Positions 1 to 12,215 of a DNA stretch of 64,000 nt are shown in pieces. The position numbers were made by a program, and so were the translations under genes. Origin of the DNA: Alphaproteobacteria bacterium (GTDB lineage: Bacteria; Pseudomonadota; Alphaproteobacteria; SP197). Position 1 is the first letter of the stretch. Each line of letters starts with the position of its first letter. The notes beneath the pieces were generated by a model. The model ran no database searches, was not told the origin of the DNA, and saw only the letters and a list, made by a program, of their open reading frames with translations. The DNA lies in contig OZ245842.1 of the NCBI GenBank assembly GCA_965228895.1, forward strand, positions 2,624,001 to 2,688,000. Reading direction: 5' to 3'.

Positions 1-418
1 CGATCGGGATGCCGCCCGCGACGGCAGCCTCGTAACCGACATGCACACCGTTGGCGTCGGCGAGCCGCGCGATTTCGGTCCCGTGGACGGCGAGCAGCGC
101 CTTGTTCGCGGTAACCACATGCTTACCGGCGGCAACCGCGTCGCGCACCAGGTGAAGCGCGATACCGTCTTCGCCGCCAATCAGTTCGACGACAACATCG
201 ACGTCATCGCGTGCGGCAAGTGCACGCGCATCGTCACACCATGCCATTCCGCTCAGGTCGACGCCGCGGTCGCGCGATTTATCACGCGCGGCAACCGCGC
301 TGACCTCCAGCACGCAGCCGGCGCGCTGCTCGATCGTCGCCTTGTTGTCGCGCAACAGGGCAAGCAAGCCACAACCGACCGTGCCCAAGCCGGCAATTCC
401 CAGACGCAGCGTTGCCAT
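1..418 (-). CDS. hom: Homoserine dehydrogenase, N-terminal part (runs off window start)
   Basis: Not in the ORF track. Manual translation from ATG at 418 gives MATLRLGIAGLGTVGCGLL...DVVVELIGG...GKHVVTANKALLA...YEAAVAGGIPI, the diagnostic HSD motifs. The start overlaps the upstream stop (TAATG). Confidence 0.95.
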   Translation of the reverse strand, partial: MATLRLGIAGLGTVGCGLLALLRDNKATIEQRAGCVLEVSAVAARDKSRDRGVDLSGMAWCDDARALAARDDVDVVVELIGGEDGIALHLVRDAVAAGKHVVTANKALLAVHGTEIARLADANGVHVGYEAAVAGGIPI

Positions 419-2151
419 TAGTTCGTAACGTAGACTTCGACGCGCCGCTGTTGGGCCTCGTCGAGTTGGCCCTGGGCCAGATGAACAAAGGATTGATCGC
501 CCTGGGCGTCAACGACGATATCGCGGCTGGGCACGCCCTGACGGACGAGTTCGTCGGCGACGGCCGTTGCGCGGTCGACCGAGATCTTGAAGTTGACCAG
601 CGCCTCGTCGGTCGCGTTCTTGTTGCCGGGATCGTGGCTGGCATAGCCGACCAATCTGATCTTCCCGCCGCGCTCGCGGTAAATGGCGGCCAGCTGCCCG
701 ATGATCTCGCGGTCCCTGTTATCGAGCGCTGTCGACCCGAGGTTGAACCGGATGATGGCGGCCAGTGTCTCAAAGCCGTTGGCGGTGATGGTTGGCGACG
801 GCGCATCGGAGAAGCTCGCGGTCACGGTAGCCGCGCCCGAACCCGACGACACCGCATTGGCGCCGGACTCCGCAAACAACGCATCGAATGTTTGCTGGAT
901 GCCGCCGGAGCCCCCGCTGGAAACGGTGACCTCGCGTTCGACGACTTCCTGCGAAGACGAGGCCACGCTCTCCTCAACCACGACGACCGTCGGCGCCGCC
1001 ACAACGACGACCTCCTCGGCAACAGTTTCATCAACGACAACCGTTTCCGCAGCCATCGAGTCAGAAATCGAGTCAGGCATCGATTCAGGCATCGAGGACG
1101 TAGGCGCCGGCGCCACGGCCACGTCCGTTACAACCATCCGGCCGACCGCCTGCGGCGGCAGCGCGTCATCGGGCGAGCCCACGGGCACCTGAATTTCGGG
1201 TTCGCCCGGACTGACAACCGTCTCGCTCACCACCACTTCGTCGGCCATGCCGCTCGTTGCGACACTCTCGGTGACGATCGCCTCCTCGACGACAGCAGTG
1301 GTGGATGAAGGCGTCGTCTCGGTAGCAGCGATGCTCTCTGCGCTTGATTCATCGACGTCGTCGCTGGGCAAGGAAAACAAATCGGCATTATCGGCGTCGC
1401 GCTCGGACTGGGCGACGAGAGACTGACTTGTTGGTTCCGCCTCGTCCGCAACCGCTTGGGAGACGACACTACCTTCGGTCATCGCTTCGACGCTCGTTGT
1501 CTCCTCAACGGCCACCTCCTCGACGACCGTCTCTTCGACCACCGCCTCCGCGACAACAGTCTTCTCAACAACGATCTCTTCGGCGACGAGTTCGCCGGTC
1601 GCCGACGTCACTGTCTCGACTTCCTGGACCTCTGTGACCTCTGTGACCTCTGTGACCTCAACGTCTTCGACGACGGTCACGGTCTCTACTGCCTCACTCT
1701 CTTCGGCTTCACTCTCGCCGCCGAAATCCAAGAACCCGAAAATGTCGTCATCCTCGGCGTCTTCCTGGATCTCCTCTTCGATGACTTCGGGTGCGGGTTC
1801 CGGGACAGGCTCAAACTCGACCTCTTCCTCGGCACGCTGATAGGTGCCGCTGCTGTGCTGGGCGTTCTGAAGGTCGGATGTCAGCGACTGCTCCATCTGC
1901 TCGATATCCTCGAGGGTGGAAACATTTTCCGGCGGTTCTGGCACCGAGCCGAGCGTCGGGAAGTCTTCATCGGCACCAGGGACCTCGCCCTCCACCTCCG
2001 GTTCGCCCGACCAATCGGTGATGTCGTAGTCGTCAGGCCAATCCGCGCACGCCGCAAGCACGACACAGGCCGCCACAACCCCTAGGGGCCGGGCAACAGC
2101 CAGGCGCCAATGCCGCCAGCCAATCCGATCTTTTGCACTGCAATCTGACAT
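418..2151 (-). CDS. Lipoprotein with a long acidic low-complexity linker and a C-terminal OmpA-like domain
   Basis: Lipobox VLAA-C, then about 400 aa rich in E/V/T/S/A, then IRFNLGST...LVGYAS...NFKISVDRATAVA...RRVEV. Likely start is ATG 2151 (ORF track starts at 2217). Confidence 0.8.
   Translation of the reverse strand: MSDCSAKDRIGWRHWRLAVARPLGVVAACVVLAACADWPDDYDITDWSGEPEVEGEVPGADEDFPTLGSVPEPPENVSTLEDIEQMEQSLTSDLQNAQHSSGTYQRAEEEVEFEPVPEPAPEVIEEEIQEDAEDDDIFGFLDFGGESEAEESEAVETVTVVEDVEVTEVTEVTEVQEVETVTSATGELVAEEIVVEKTVVAEAVVEETVVEEVAVEETTSVEAMTEGSVVSQAVADEAEPTSQSLVAQSERDADNADLFSLPSDDVDESSAESIAATETTPSSTTAVVEEAIVTESVATSGMADEVVVSETVVSPGEPEIQVPVGSPDDALPPQAVGRMVVTDVAVAPAPTSSMPESMPDSISDSMAAETVVVDETVAEEVVVVAAPTVVVVEESVASSSQEVVEREVTVSSGGSGGIQQTFDALFAESGANAVSSGSGAATVTASFSDAPSPTITANGFETLAAIIRFNLGSTALDNRDREIIGQLAAIYRERGGKIRLVGYASHDPGNKNATDEALVNFKISVDRATAVADELVRQGVPSRDIVVDAQGDQSFVHLAQGQLDEAQQRRVEVYVTN
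1627..1659. repeat. 9-bp in-frame tandem repeat (GACCTCTGT x3 plus partial), encoding EVT repeats
   Basis: Read directly: gacctctgt gacctctgt gacctctgt gacctc. Confidence 0.9.
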
Positions 2152-2275
2152 GGAATCCGTATATGTTCCGCGCCTACGCGAGGGCCAATACCTTAACCAT
2201 TTTGCCCCCCACGACAACCGGGAACCGTCCTATCGGGCACCCGATTTGTCGGCGGCGGGGCCGAAAGACAGGTTG

Positions 2276-4069
2276 ATGAACAAGCAGACGACCGAAGAAA
2301 CCTCCGGACCGGATCTTGACCCCAACGAGTGGGCCAAGATTGTCGAGCAGAGCCAGCGGGTGATGCAGGAGTATATGAGCCGCCAGGCGAGCGACTCCGG
2401 CGCTTTCGACGATGCCATGCGCATCGGCCAGACCTTCATGGAAGCGACCGCCCGACTGATGAGCGATCCCGCCCGCCTGTTCGAAGCCCAGGCAAGTCTA
2501 TGGCAAAGCTACATGGACCTGTGGCAGACGACCGCCCGGCGCATGGCCGGCGAAGAGGTCGAGCCCGTGGTCGCGCCGGCCAAGGACGACCGGCGTTTCC
2601 GCGATGAGCATTGGAGCGACAACGCGGTCTTCGATTATCTCAAGCAGTCCTACCTGCTGACATCGAACTGGCTGACCTCGACCCTCTCCGATGTCGAGGG
2701 TTTGGACAAGAAGACCCAGCACAAGCTGGATTTCTACACCAAGTTGATCGCCGACGCGGCCGCGCCGACCAACTTTGTCATGACCAACCCGGAGGTCCTG
2801 CGCGCGACGTACGAAAGCCACGGAGAGAACCTGGTCAAAGGTCTGAAGAACCTGTTGGACGACTTCGAGCGCGGCAATGGCCAGCTCGCCATACGCATGG
2901 TCGACGAAAAGGCGTTTAAAGTTGGCGAAAACCTGGCGGTGACGCCGGGCAAAGTCGTCTACCAGAACGACCTGATGCAACTGATCCAGTACACGCCGAC
3001 GACCGAAACCGTGCACAAAACGCCGCTGCTAATCGTGCCGCCGTGGATCAACAAGTTCTACATTCTGGACCTGAAACCGGAGAACTCGTTCATTCGTTGG
3101 ACTGTTGAACAGGGGTTTACAGTCTTCGTCGTCTCCTGGGTCAATCCCGACGAAAAACTCGCCCAAAAGACGTTCGACGACTATCTGCTCGAAGGCCCGC
3201 TCGCGGCCATCGATGCGGTGAAGAAGGCGACCGGCGAAACCAAGATCAACACCGTCGGCTACTGCATTGGCGGTACGCTGCTGGCCTGTGCCATGGCTTA
3301 CCTCGCCAAACAGAAGAAAAAGTCGCCGGTGGCGTCGGCGACCTATCTCACCACCCTGGTCGATTTCGAGCAGGTCGGCGATGTCGGCGTTTTTGTCGAC
3401 GAGGAGCAGGTCGAGGGCCTTGAGAAGCTGATGGCCAAGCGCGGCTATCTCGAGGGTTCCGAGATGGCGGCGACGTTCAACACATTGCGCGCCAACGACC
3501 TCATCTGGTCCTTTGTGATCAACAACTACATGCTGGGCAAGGAACCCTTCCCCTTCGATATCCTGTTCTGGAACGGGGACTCGACGCGCATGCCTGCGGC
3601 CATGCACAGCTTCTATCTGCGCAAGCTTTATCTGGCGAACGCGCTGTCGAAGGGCGAGCTCGTCCTTCTCGACACGCCGCTCGATCTCGGCCGCGTCAAA
3701 CAGCCGTCTTACATCCTGTCGACGATCGACGACCACATCGCGCCTTGGGTGTCGACCTACAAGGCGACGCAGCTCTATGGCGGCGACATCACCTTTACCC
3801 TCGCCATGTCCGGCCACGTCGCCGGCGTCGTGAACCCGCCCGCGAAGAACAAGTATGGCTATTGGACCCATGACGACCTCAAGGCGAGCCCCCAAGCCTG
3901 GCTGGACAGTGCCGAACAGCATGAGGGTTCCTGGTGGCCCGATTGGGCGACATGGCTTGCTAAACAGTCTGGCGAGCACGTTCCCGCCCGCACCCCCGGC
4001 GACGGCAAACTCGAGGTCATCGAGGATGCGCCGGGCTCTTACGTCAAGGTCGACCTGCGCCAGGATTGA
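2276..4069 (+). CDS. phaC: Class I poly(3-hydroxyalkanoate) synthase
   Basis: DRRF..W, PTNF, VTPGKVV, PPWINKFYILDL, lipase box GYCIGG, DHIAPW and SGHVAG. Start placed at ATG 2276. Confidence 0.96.
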   Translation: MNKQTTEETSGPDLDPNEWAKIVEQSQRVMQEYMSRQASDSGAFDDAMRIGQTFMEATARLMSDPARLFEAQASLWQSYMDLWQTTARRMAGEEVEPVVAPAKDDRRFRDEHWSDNAVFDYLKQSYLLTSNWLTSTLSDVEGLDKKTQHKLDFYTKLIADAAAPTNFVMTNPEVLRATYESHGENLVKGLKNLLDDFERGNGQLAIRMVDEKAFKVGENLAVTPGKVVYQNDLMQLIQYTPTTETVHKTPLLIVPPWINKFYILDLKPENSFIRWTVEQGFTVFVVSWVNPDEKLAQKTFDDYLLEGPLAAIDAVKKATGETKINTVGYCIGGTLLACAMAYLAKQKKKSPVASATYLTTLVDFEQVGDVGVFVDEEQVEGLEKLMAKRGYLEGSEMAATFNTLRANDLIWSFVINNYMLGKEPFPFDILFWNGDSTRMPAAMHSFYLRKLYLANALSKGELVLLDTPLDLGRVKQPSYILSTIDDHIAPWVSTYKATQLYGGDITFTLAMSGHVAGVVNPPAKNKYGYWTHDDLKASPQAWLDSAEQHEGSWWPDWATWLAKQSGEHVPARTPGDGKLEVIEDAPGSYVKVDLRQD

Positions 4070-4125
4070 TACCATTCAATAGAGCGCGGGCAACCTCGGA
4101 TGGACCCGGTTAAGATGTGCCGGCC

Positions 4126-4731
4126 ATGGACCTCGTGCTCTTCACCAGCCTGCTCAGCCTGGCCTTCGTCGGGGCGGTCACGCCAGGCCCGAACAACCTG
4201 ATGATCATGACGTCCAGCGCGGCGTTCGGTTGGCGTCGTAGCCTGCAGCACCTGTGGGGTATCGCGATCGGGTTCGGCTTCATGAACGCGGTGGTGACAC
4301 TGGGCTTAGGCCAAGTCGTCCAGCAGCTTCCCGAGCTCTTGGTCGCCGTTAAGATCGTTGGAGCAGCCTGGCTGTTGTGGCTGGCCTATCAATTCATTCG
4401 GCCCAAGGCTGCGTCTCAGGACGGCGAACCGAGCAGCGGGCGTCCGCTGCGCTTTTATGAAGCCGCGTTGTTCCAATGGGTCAACCCGAAGGGATGGACC
4501 TTTGCGCTTGCCGTGGCCAGCGGCTATGTCGGCCTGTTGCCGTCCCACTGGTCGCGCGCCGGCGTTGTCGGACTGGTTTTTGTCGTCATGGCATTGCTGT
4601 GCGCCGGCACATGGATGATGGCGGGCGAAGCCCTGCATCGCTATCTCAAGGGTCCCCAGGCGAACCGCATCTTCGGCCTGATCATGGCCGGCGTCATCGC
4701 CGCGACGGCGGTGGTTATTCTTTTGTCTTAG
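4126..4731 (+). CDS. LysE/RhtB family amino-acid exporter
   Basis: TPGPNN, G.AWLLWLA and FQWVNPK motifs in a hydrophobic protein of about 200 aa. Confidence 0.9.
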   Translation: MDLVLFTSLLSLAFVGAVTPGPNNLMIMTSSAAFGWRRSLQHLWGIAIGFGFMNAVVTLGLGQVVQQLPELLVAVKIVGAAWLLWLAYQFIRPKAASQDGEPSSGRPLRFYEAALFQWVNPKGWTFALAVASGYVGLLPSHWSRAGVVGLVFVVMALLCAGTWMMAGEALHRYLKGPQANRIFGLIMAGVIAATAVVILLS

Positions 4732-4744
4732 CGCCAAACACGGC

Positions 4745-5380
4745 TCACTGTTGCCTCAGCAAGTCACTGACCGTGTCCGATTGATAGAGGTCATCGGGCG
4801 TATCGAAGACGTAAGCCTCCCAGCCGGCCGCAATGGCGCCCTGCACCACGGCTTGGTTATCGTCGAAGAAGATGAGCGGATCGTCGTCCGGTTTACCAAT
4901 CAGGTCCTCCGCCCTCTCGAAAAACGCGGGCTCTGGTTTGAGACAGCCGACCCGGCCAGAGTTGATGATGTCCACGAAGTAGCGATTAAAGCCAACGACC
5001 TCCATGAGGTAGCGTGCTCGCGTGTTCTCTTGGTTGGTTGCGATGAACAGCTGTAGGTCCGGCACTGCTGCCAGCCGTTCGACATGAGCGATCAGATCAT
5101 CGTTGACGACGCCGTCCCGCTCCATCCAGTAATCAATGAAGACCTGTGGATCGCCGGCATAGCCAAGGGTTGGCAGCACGTCTTTAAGAGCAGCATAGAG
5201 GTCCAGGCGGCCCGTCAGCACGTCGTGCGCAAACACGCCGCGAATGAACGTGTCGGCAAAGTCCTCACGCGATACCCCGAAGTCGGACTCCAGTTCTTCA
5301 TCCCAACATCGGCGACGCTCGGGCTTCGCGTGGTAGCCGTGGATCAGAACGCCGTCCACGTCGAAGAGTATGATCGTCAC
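4745..5380 (-). CDS. HAD-superfamily hydrolase
   Basis: Motif I FDVDGVL, ATN, KP and motif IV FFDD. Confidence 0.88.
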   Translation of the reverse strand: MTIILFDVDGVLIHGYHAKPERRRCWDEELESDFGVSREDFADTFIRGVFAHDVLTGRLDLYAALKDVLPTLGYAGDPQVFIDYWMERDGVVNDDLIAHVERLAAVPDLQLFIATNQENTRARYLMEVVGFNRYFVDIINSGRVGCLKPEPAFFERAEDLIGKPDDDPLIFFDDNQAVVQGAIAAGWEAYVFDTPDDLYQSDTVSDLLRQQ

Positions 5381-5395
5381 CGGATTCGCCCAAGC

Positions 5396-5935
5396 CTATA
5401 GAGACCCAATCGTCTCGCGATAGATCTTCGCGTGGTTCACATAACGGTCGATGGTCGCCTGGAAGCCAGCAATCTCGTCATCCGACAGATCGCGCATTTT
5501 CTTGGCCGGACTGCCGGCCCATAGCTCGCCTGCCGGCACGCGTTTTCCCGGTGTCACCAGCGCACCGGCCGCGACCATCGCGCCGGTCTCGACAACCGCG
5601 TCGTCCATCACGGTCGCGCGCATGCCGATAAAACTACGGTCTTCCAGCGTGCAGGCATGGATCAGGCAGTGGTGGCCGATGGTGACCTCGTCACCGATGA
5701 CGGTCGGCGAACCCTTCCCGCTGACGTGAACGACCGTCGCGTCCTGGATGTTGGTCCGCGCGCCGATGGTGATCGAGTTGACATCGCCACGCAGGACCGA
5801 GCTGGGAAAGACGCCGGTCAGCGAGCCGATCGTCACCTCGCCGGCGACGAAGACGCCGGGTGCCACGAACGCGTCATCGGCGATCTGCGGCCAGACGCCG
5901 TGATGGGGCAGAATGATCGGTCCCGGCACACTCAC
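5396..5935 (-). CDS. Gamma carbonic anhydrase-like hexapeptide repeat protein (YrdA/CaiE/PaaY family)
   Basis: LRGDVNSITIGARTNIQD, His ligands in VVHV and IGHHCLIH, W.GSPAK. GTG start at 5935 overlaps the argC stop (GTGA). Confidence 0.9.
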   Translation of the reverse strand: MSVPGPIILPHHGVWPQIADDAFVAPGVFVAGEVTIGSLTGVFPSSVLRGDVNSITIGARTNIQDATVVHVSGKGSPTVIGDEVTIGHHCLIHACTLEDRSFIGMRATVMDDAVVETGAMVAAGALVTPGKRVPAGELWAGSPAKKMRDLSDDEIAGFQATIDRYVNHAKIYRETIGSL

Positions 5936-6981
5936 GGGAACATGGGTGCGGCGGAGAGCCCGTCGGTTTCCTCGAAACCCGCCATCACGTTCATGTTCTG
6001 CAGCGCCTGGCCCGATGCGCCCTTGACCAGGTTGTCGAGAGCGGAGACCAGAATAGCGCGGCCCGGCAGACGGTCGGCAAAGACGCCGATCAGGCACAGG
6101 TTCGAGCCACGCACATGGCGTGTTGCCGGCGCCTGACCTTGAGGCACCAATTTGACGAAGGGTTCGCCTTCGTAACGCCTGGCGATCGCGGCGCGCAGGT
6201 CGTCGGCTGTATGACCGTTCTTCAAGCGCACATAACTGGTCGCCAGAATGCCCCGGTTCATCGGCATCAGATGCGGCGTGAAACTGACAGTTATCGGTTC
6301 GCCCGCCGCCGACGACAGTTCCTGTTCGATCTCCGGCCCGTGCCGATGCGTTCCGATGCCGTAGGCATGAATGCCCTCGGAAACCTCCGTGTGCAGGTTG
6401 GCTTCCTTCGGCGAACGGCCGGCGCCGGTCACGCCCGATTTGGCGTCGATGATGATATCGCCGTGTTCGATGAGATCGCATTCCAACAGCGGCACCAGCG
6501 GCAATTCGGCGGCCGTCGTGTAGCACCCGGGGTTGGCGACCAGCCGCGCCTGGCGCACGGCGTCACGATAAATCTCGGTGAGGCCATAGACGGCGCTCTT
6601 CTGCAGCTCGACCGCGCGGTGCTTGCCGCCATAGATCTGTTCGTAAAGCGCGGTGTCGGCGAGCCGAAAATCGGCCGACAGATCGACGATCTTCACGTGC
6701 TCCGGCAGACCGGCGATGGTTTCCTGGGTCGTGCCGTGAGGCAAACAACAAAAGACGGCATCGACCTCGTCCCAATTGACATCGTCGATGGTGACGAGGT
6801 CCGGCAGGTCAAGATGATGCAGGTGCGGGTAGACCTCGCCCATCGCTTCGCCGGCGCGGCGGTCCGCGGTCAACGCCACAATGCGCAAATCCGGATGGCT
6901 CACCGCCAGGCGCAACAGTTCGGCGCCCGTATAGCCACTTGCGCCCAAAATCGCGACGTTCAGCTTGCCGTTGGCCGACAT
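5932..6981 (-). CDS. argC: N-acetyl-gamma-glutamyl-phosphate reductase
   Basis: GASGYTG, DLSADFRL, ANPGCY, SGVTGAGR, HRH.PEI, DNLVKGASGQA. Confidence 0.97.
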   Translation of the reverse strand: MSANGKLNVAILGASGYTGAELLRLAVSHPDLRIVALTADRRAGEAMGEVYPHLHHLDLPDLVTIDDVNWDEVDAVFCCLPHGTTQETIAGLPEHVKIVDLSADFRLADTALYEQIYGGKHRAVELQKSAVYGLTEIYRDAVRQARLVANPGCYTTAAELPLVPLLECDLIEHGDIIIDAKSGVTGAGRSPKEANLHTEVSEGIHAYGIGTHRHGPEIEQELSSAAGEPITVSFTPHLMPMNRGILATSYVRLKNGHTADDLRAAIARRYEGEPFVKLVPQGQAPATRHVRGSNLCLIGVFADRLPGRAILVSALDNLVKGASGQALQNMNVMAGFEETDGLSAAPMFP

Positions 6982-7035
6982 GATGGTTCTCCTGCATTGG
7001 CGGCGCGGCTTCTAGCACAACTGCGTGCCCGATGG

Positions 7036-8031
7036 CTAATGCGTCGACTCGCTCTTGCGATAGGCGAATGACTCATCGAACCGCCCGCGGATGTAGTCGC
7101 CGCAGGTGACCGGCGGGTAATGGGCGTCCTTACCCGGCGCACAGACCGGGTCGATCACGGTCTGGCTGTCGGGATCGACGGCCATGGCGATGGAGTAGCG
7201 TTCGCGCCCGGCCCGGTTGACCACCCGATGCCGGGTCGAGGCGAAGAGATCATTGGTCCAGCGCTCCAGCAGGTCGCCAACATTGACGACCAGGGTGCCT
7301 GAGATCGGGTGGGCGGTGAGCCACGCGCCGTCGCGCCCCAGAACCTCCAGGCCGCCGACGTCATCCTGGGCCAGGATCGTCATGCAACCATAATCGGTGT
7401 GCGGCGCAACGCCGAACTGCCCGTCGTCACGGGCCGGCTGGGCGGGGTAGTGAATCAAGCTGGCGCGCGAAATCGGCCGCTCGAAACCGTGCGTGAAGAT
7501 ATCGCGCGGCGCGCCGAGAGCGGCGGCGAAGGCACCGAACATCAGCCGCGCGACATCATGGGCGCCGTCGAAGTAGGCCGTGAGGGTCTCCCGCATGTCG
7601 GGCATGGCAGCGGGCCAGCGGTTGACGCCGATCATCGCGCCCTTGCCGATCACCGCCGGGTCGTCGGCGGGAAGGTCGAGCCCCCAGATGTAGCTTTCTT
7701 TCAAGTCAGGCTGGTCGTGGCCCGCCATCTTGGCCTGGCCGATCGGCAACCAACCGCGATGGCGTTCGCTGACCCGAACCTCCTCCTTCACAGCGTCCGG
7801 CTGGGCAAAGAACCGACGCGAGCAGGCAAAGGCGCCATCGACGACGTCTTGTCGCAGACCATGATTGCCGACATAAAAGAAGCCGGCCGTCCTGGCCGCG
7901 CGCAACAGCTGCGCGCCGACGTCTTGATAGGCCGCGTCATCGGCCGTTCCGCCGTTCGCGTGCAAAGGGCCGATGTCGATAATCGGAATGTCGTCGACGG
8001 CGATCTCATGGGCGGCAGCGAAGTCAGTCAT
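7036..8031 (-). CDS. Isopenicillin-N-synthase-like 2OG-Fe(II) oxygenase
   Basis: IPIIDI, GFFYV.NHG, DLKE, HTD...H facial triad, R.S 2OG-binding motif. Start placed at ATG 8031. Confidence 0.9.
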   Translation of the reverse strand: MTDFAAAHEIAVDDIPIIDIGPLHANGGTADDAAYQDVGAQLLRAARTAGFFYVGNHGLRQDVVDGAFACSRRFFAQPDAVKEEVRVSERHRGWLPIGQAKMAGHDQPDLKESYIWGLDLPADDPAVIGKGAMIGVNRWPAAMPDMRETLTAYFDGAHDVARLMFGAFAAALGAPRDIFTHGFERPISRASLIHYPAQPARDDGQFGVAPHTDYGCMTILAQDDVGGLEVLGRDGAWLTAHPISGTLVVNVGDLLERWTNDLFASTRHRVVNRAGRERYSIAMAVDPDSQTVIDPVCAPGKDAHYPPVTCGDYIRGRFDESFAYRKSESTH

Positions 8032-8614
8032 CGCCCGCACTGGCGCCATAGTAGCCGACCTGATCGCCATCAAGGCTGACACCAAGGCCGTTCAGGACAC
8101 GGTTCGAATAGTTGAAGTAGGCGACGACCTGATTGACCTCCAGGATCTCGCCATCGTCACAGCCGGTTTCGCGCAACGCGGCGATATCTTCTTCTTCCAT
8201 GACACCGACCCACACGGTCAGCTTTTCCGCGTAGCGCAACAGGGCGAGTTCCCTGCCGTCGAACTCGGCCTCCGGCGCGCGGCTCGTCAAGGCGGAGCGA
8301 ACACGTTTGGCGCGATCTTCATCGCCCATCAGGCGCGCGGCATTGGCGAAGTGGTGCCTCAGGCTATAATTGCAGTTGTTGACGACGCTGACATAGCTCG
8401 CAACGACCTCGAGGAACCACAGCGGCAGCACGGTCTCCGGGTGGTGCAGTACGCTGCGGTAAAGCGCTAGGTGACCTTCCATGGTGTGGGGCCGCAGCGA
8501 ATGGACGCGCATGACATTGTCGACCGTGCCGTGGGGCGTGCGCGCCAACTCGAACGCCTGTCGCAACGACCCATCCGCATCTTCTTCGGTGATAATCCTG
8601 ATCCAAGCGGCCAT
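8024..8614 (-). CDS. AhpD/CMD-fold peroxidase-related protein
   Basis: VS..NNCNYS..HH, LRYAEKLT, D.EILEVNQVVAYFNY.NR...GLG. Confidence 0.85.
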   Translation of the reverse strand: MAAWIRIITEEDADGSLRQAFELARTPHGTVDNVMRVHSLRPHTMEGHLALYRSVLHHPETVLPLWFLEVVASYVSVVNNCNYSLRHHFANAARLMGDEDRAKRVRSALTSRAPEAEFDGRELALLRYAEKLTVWVGVMEEEDIAALRETGCDDGEILEVNQVVAYFNYSNRVLNGLGVSLDGDQVGYYGASAGDD

Positions 8615-8729
8615 ACCGCACCCCGCCTTACCTCAACTATCTATGATTATCAGCCATCCCGCCACGATCACAAGTGGTGGTCATCATTCCGTCCCCAATG
8701 CTGAAGCAAGAGGCGGCCTGCCCAACGGC

Positions 8730-9653
8730 CTAGCGCCTAGAGGGATGCACCGTGTTCGGCACGATACCGGCAACGATGTCCGCCAGCTTCTCGACCAACG
8801 CCATGCGCGGATAACCCTTACGGTGCGTCAAGCGGACGGTCCGCCCGGCGGTGCCGCTTTTTTCGCGGCGGACCGAGATCCCCGCATCGGTCACCCAGCC
8901 GCCCGTGAGGCTCATCGCCGGCACCAGCGTGATGCCATCGCCAGAACCAACCAGCGAGAGGATGGTCGACAGACTGGTCTTTTGCGTCCTGGGACCACGA
9001 TCGCCGGCCGTGCGGGACCGATCGAGTTTGCAGGCCTCATAAATCTGATCACGCAGGCAATGGCCGTCCGACAGGAGCAACAGTTCGCTTGGTTCAATCT
9101 GCTCGATATCGACGGTTTCGTCCTGGGTCAGCGGATGATCGTTCGGCATCGCGACCCAGAACGGCTCATCGTAGAGGACGATCTCGGACAAAAGAGCGTG
9201 GGTCGGACTGGTGGCCAGAATCGCCACATCCAGAGCGCCATCCACCAGTTGTTGTTCCAGGTGATCGGTGAAGTCCTCGATCAGCTCCAGCCGCACATCG
9301 GGCAGATAGTGTTTCACCGCCGGCAGCAGTAACGGGGTCAGAAACGGCCCGATGGTCAACGGCATGCCAAGGGTGCATGGACCCACCAGCGGATCCTTGT
9401 GGGCTGCGGCGGTCTTTTGCATGGCGTCGACATTGCGTAGGATTTCGCGGGCGCTTTCGACGGTCTGTTCGCCGATTTCGGTCAGCCGCACATGGCGCTT
9501 GGTGCGCTCGAAGAGCCGCACGCCGAGCCGCTCTTCGAGCTTGCGCAACTGACCGCTCAGGGCCGGCTGACTGGCGTGGCAGCGCTCGGCAGCCCGGCCA
9601 AAGTGCAGCTCCTCGGCGACGGCAACGAGATACTCGAGATCCCTAGTGTTCAT
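8730..9653 (-). CDS. oxyR: Hydrogen-peroxide-inducible LysR regulator OxyR
   Basis: LysR HTH (HFGRAAERCHASQPALSGQ) and redox cysteines in GHCLRDQIYEAC. Divergent from katG. Confidence 0.93.
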   Translation of the reverse strand: MNTRDLEYLVAVAEELHFGRAAERCHASQPALSGQLRKLEERLGVRLFERTKRHVRLTEIGEQTVESAREILRNVDAMQKTAAAHKDPLVGPCTLGMPLTIGPFLTPLLLPAVKHYLPDVRLELIEDFTDHLEQQLVDGALDVAILATSPTHALLSEIVLYDEPFWVAMPNDHPLTQDETVDIEQIEPSELLLLSDGHCLRDQIYEACKLDRSRTAGDRGPRTQKTSLSTILSLVGSGDGITLVPAMSLTGGWVTDAGISVRREKSGTAGRTVRLTHRKGYPRMALVEKLADIVAGIVPNTVHPSRR

Positions 9654-9697
9654 GGCCCAAACCAACAGTTTCGAGACTCGACAGCCTAGCCTGATTA

Positions 9698-9734
9698 ATC
9701 GGCAACGACGATCAGGTTGATATTTTTATTCTAT
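9698..9734. promoter_or_regulatory. OxyR binding site
   Basis: ATCG-N7-CGAT-N7-ATAT-N7-CTAT matches the ATAG-N7-CTAT-N7-ATAG-N7-CTAT consensus with exact spacing, between oxyR and katG. Confidence 0.85.
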
Positions 9735-9970
9735 TTCTCTTATGAAAGGCGCAGGCCTATTTTTAGTTGGTCATCCAGAAACGAGGTTGCCATGCCCCAC
9801 CCGCCCAAGCGAACGGCGAACGCCGACACACCAACGCCCGGCAGCCAGCGCAACTGGCGATCGCGGCATACCCAGACATCGTCATCCACCGCAGTCACCG
9901 TGTGGGCGCTGGATCGGATGTCACGGGGACGCGGTCTCATTGATACGATCTTTCCACTAACGCAGCATGA

Positions 9971-12193
<2,223 letters not shown>

Positions 12194-12215
12194 CCACCAT
12201 CGCAACCGCGACAAC

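Noticed and set aside
2193-2200. TTAACCAT CtrA half-site between the OmpA lipoprotein gene and phaC
   Set aside because: A single 8-mer without a second half-site is too weak to call.
5396-6526. 376-aa ORF
   Set aside because: Only the last 179 aa are the gamma-CA protein; the rest is an alternative frame of argC.
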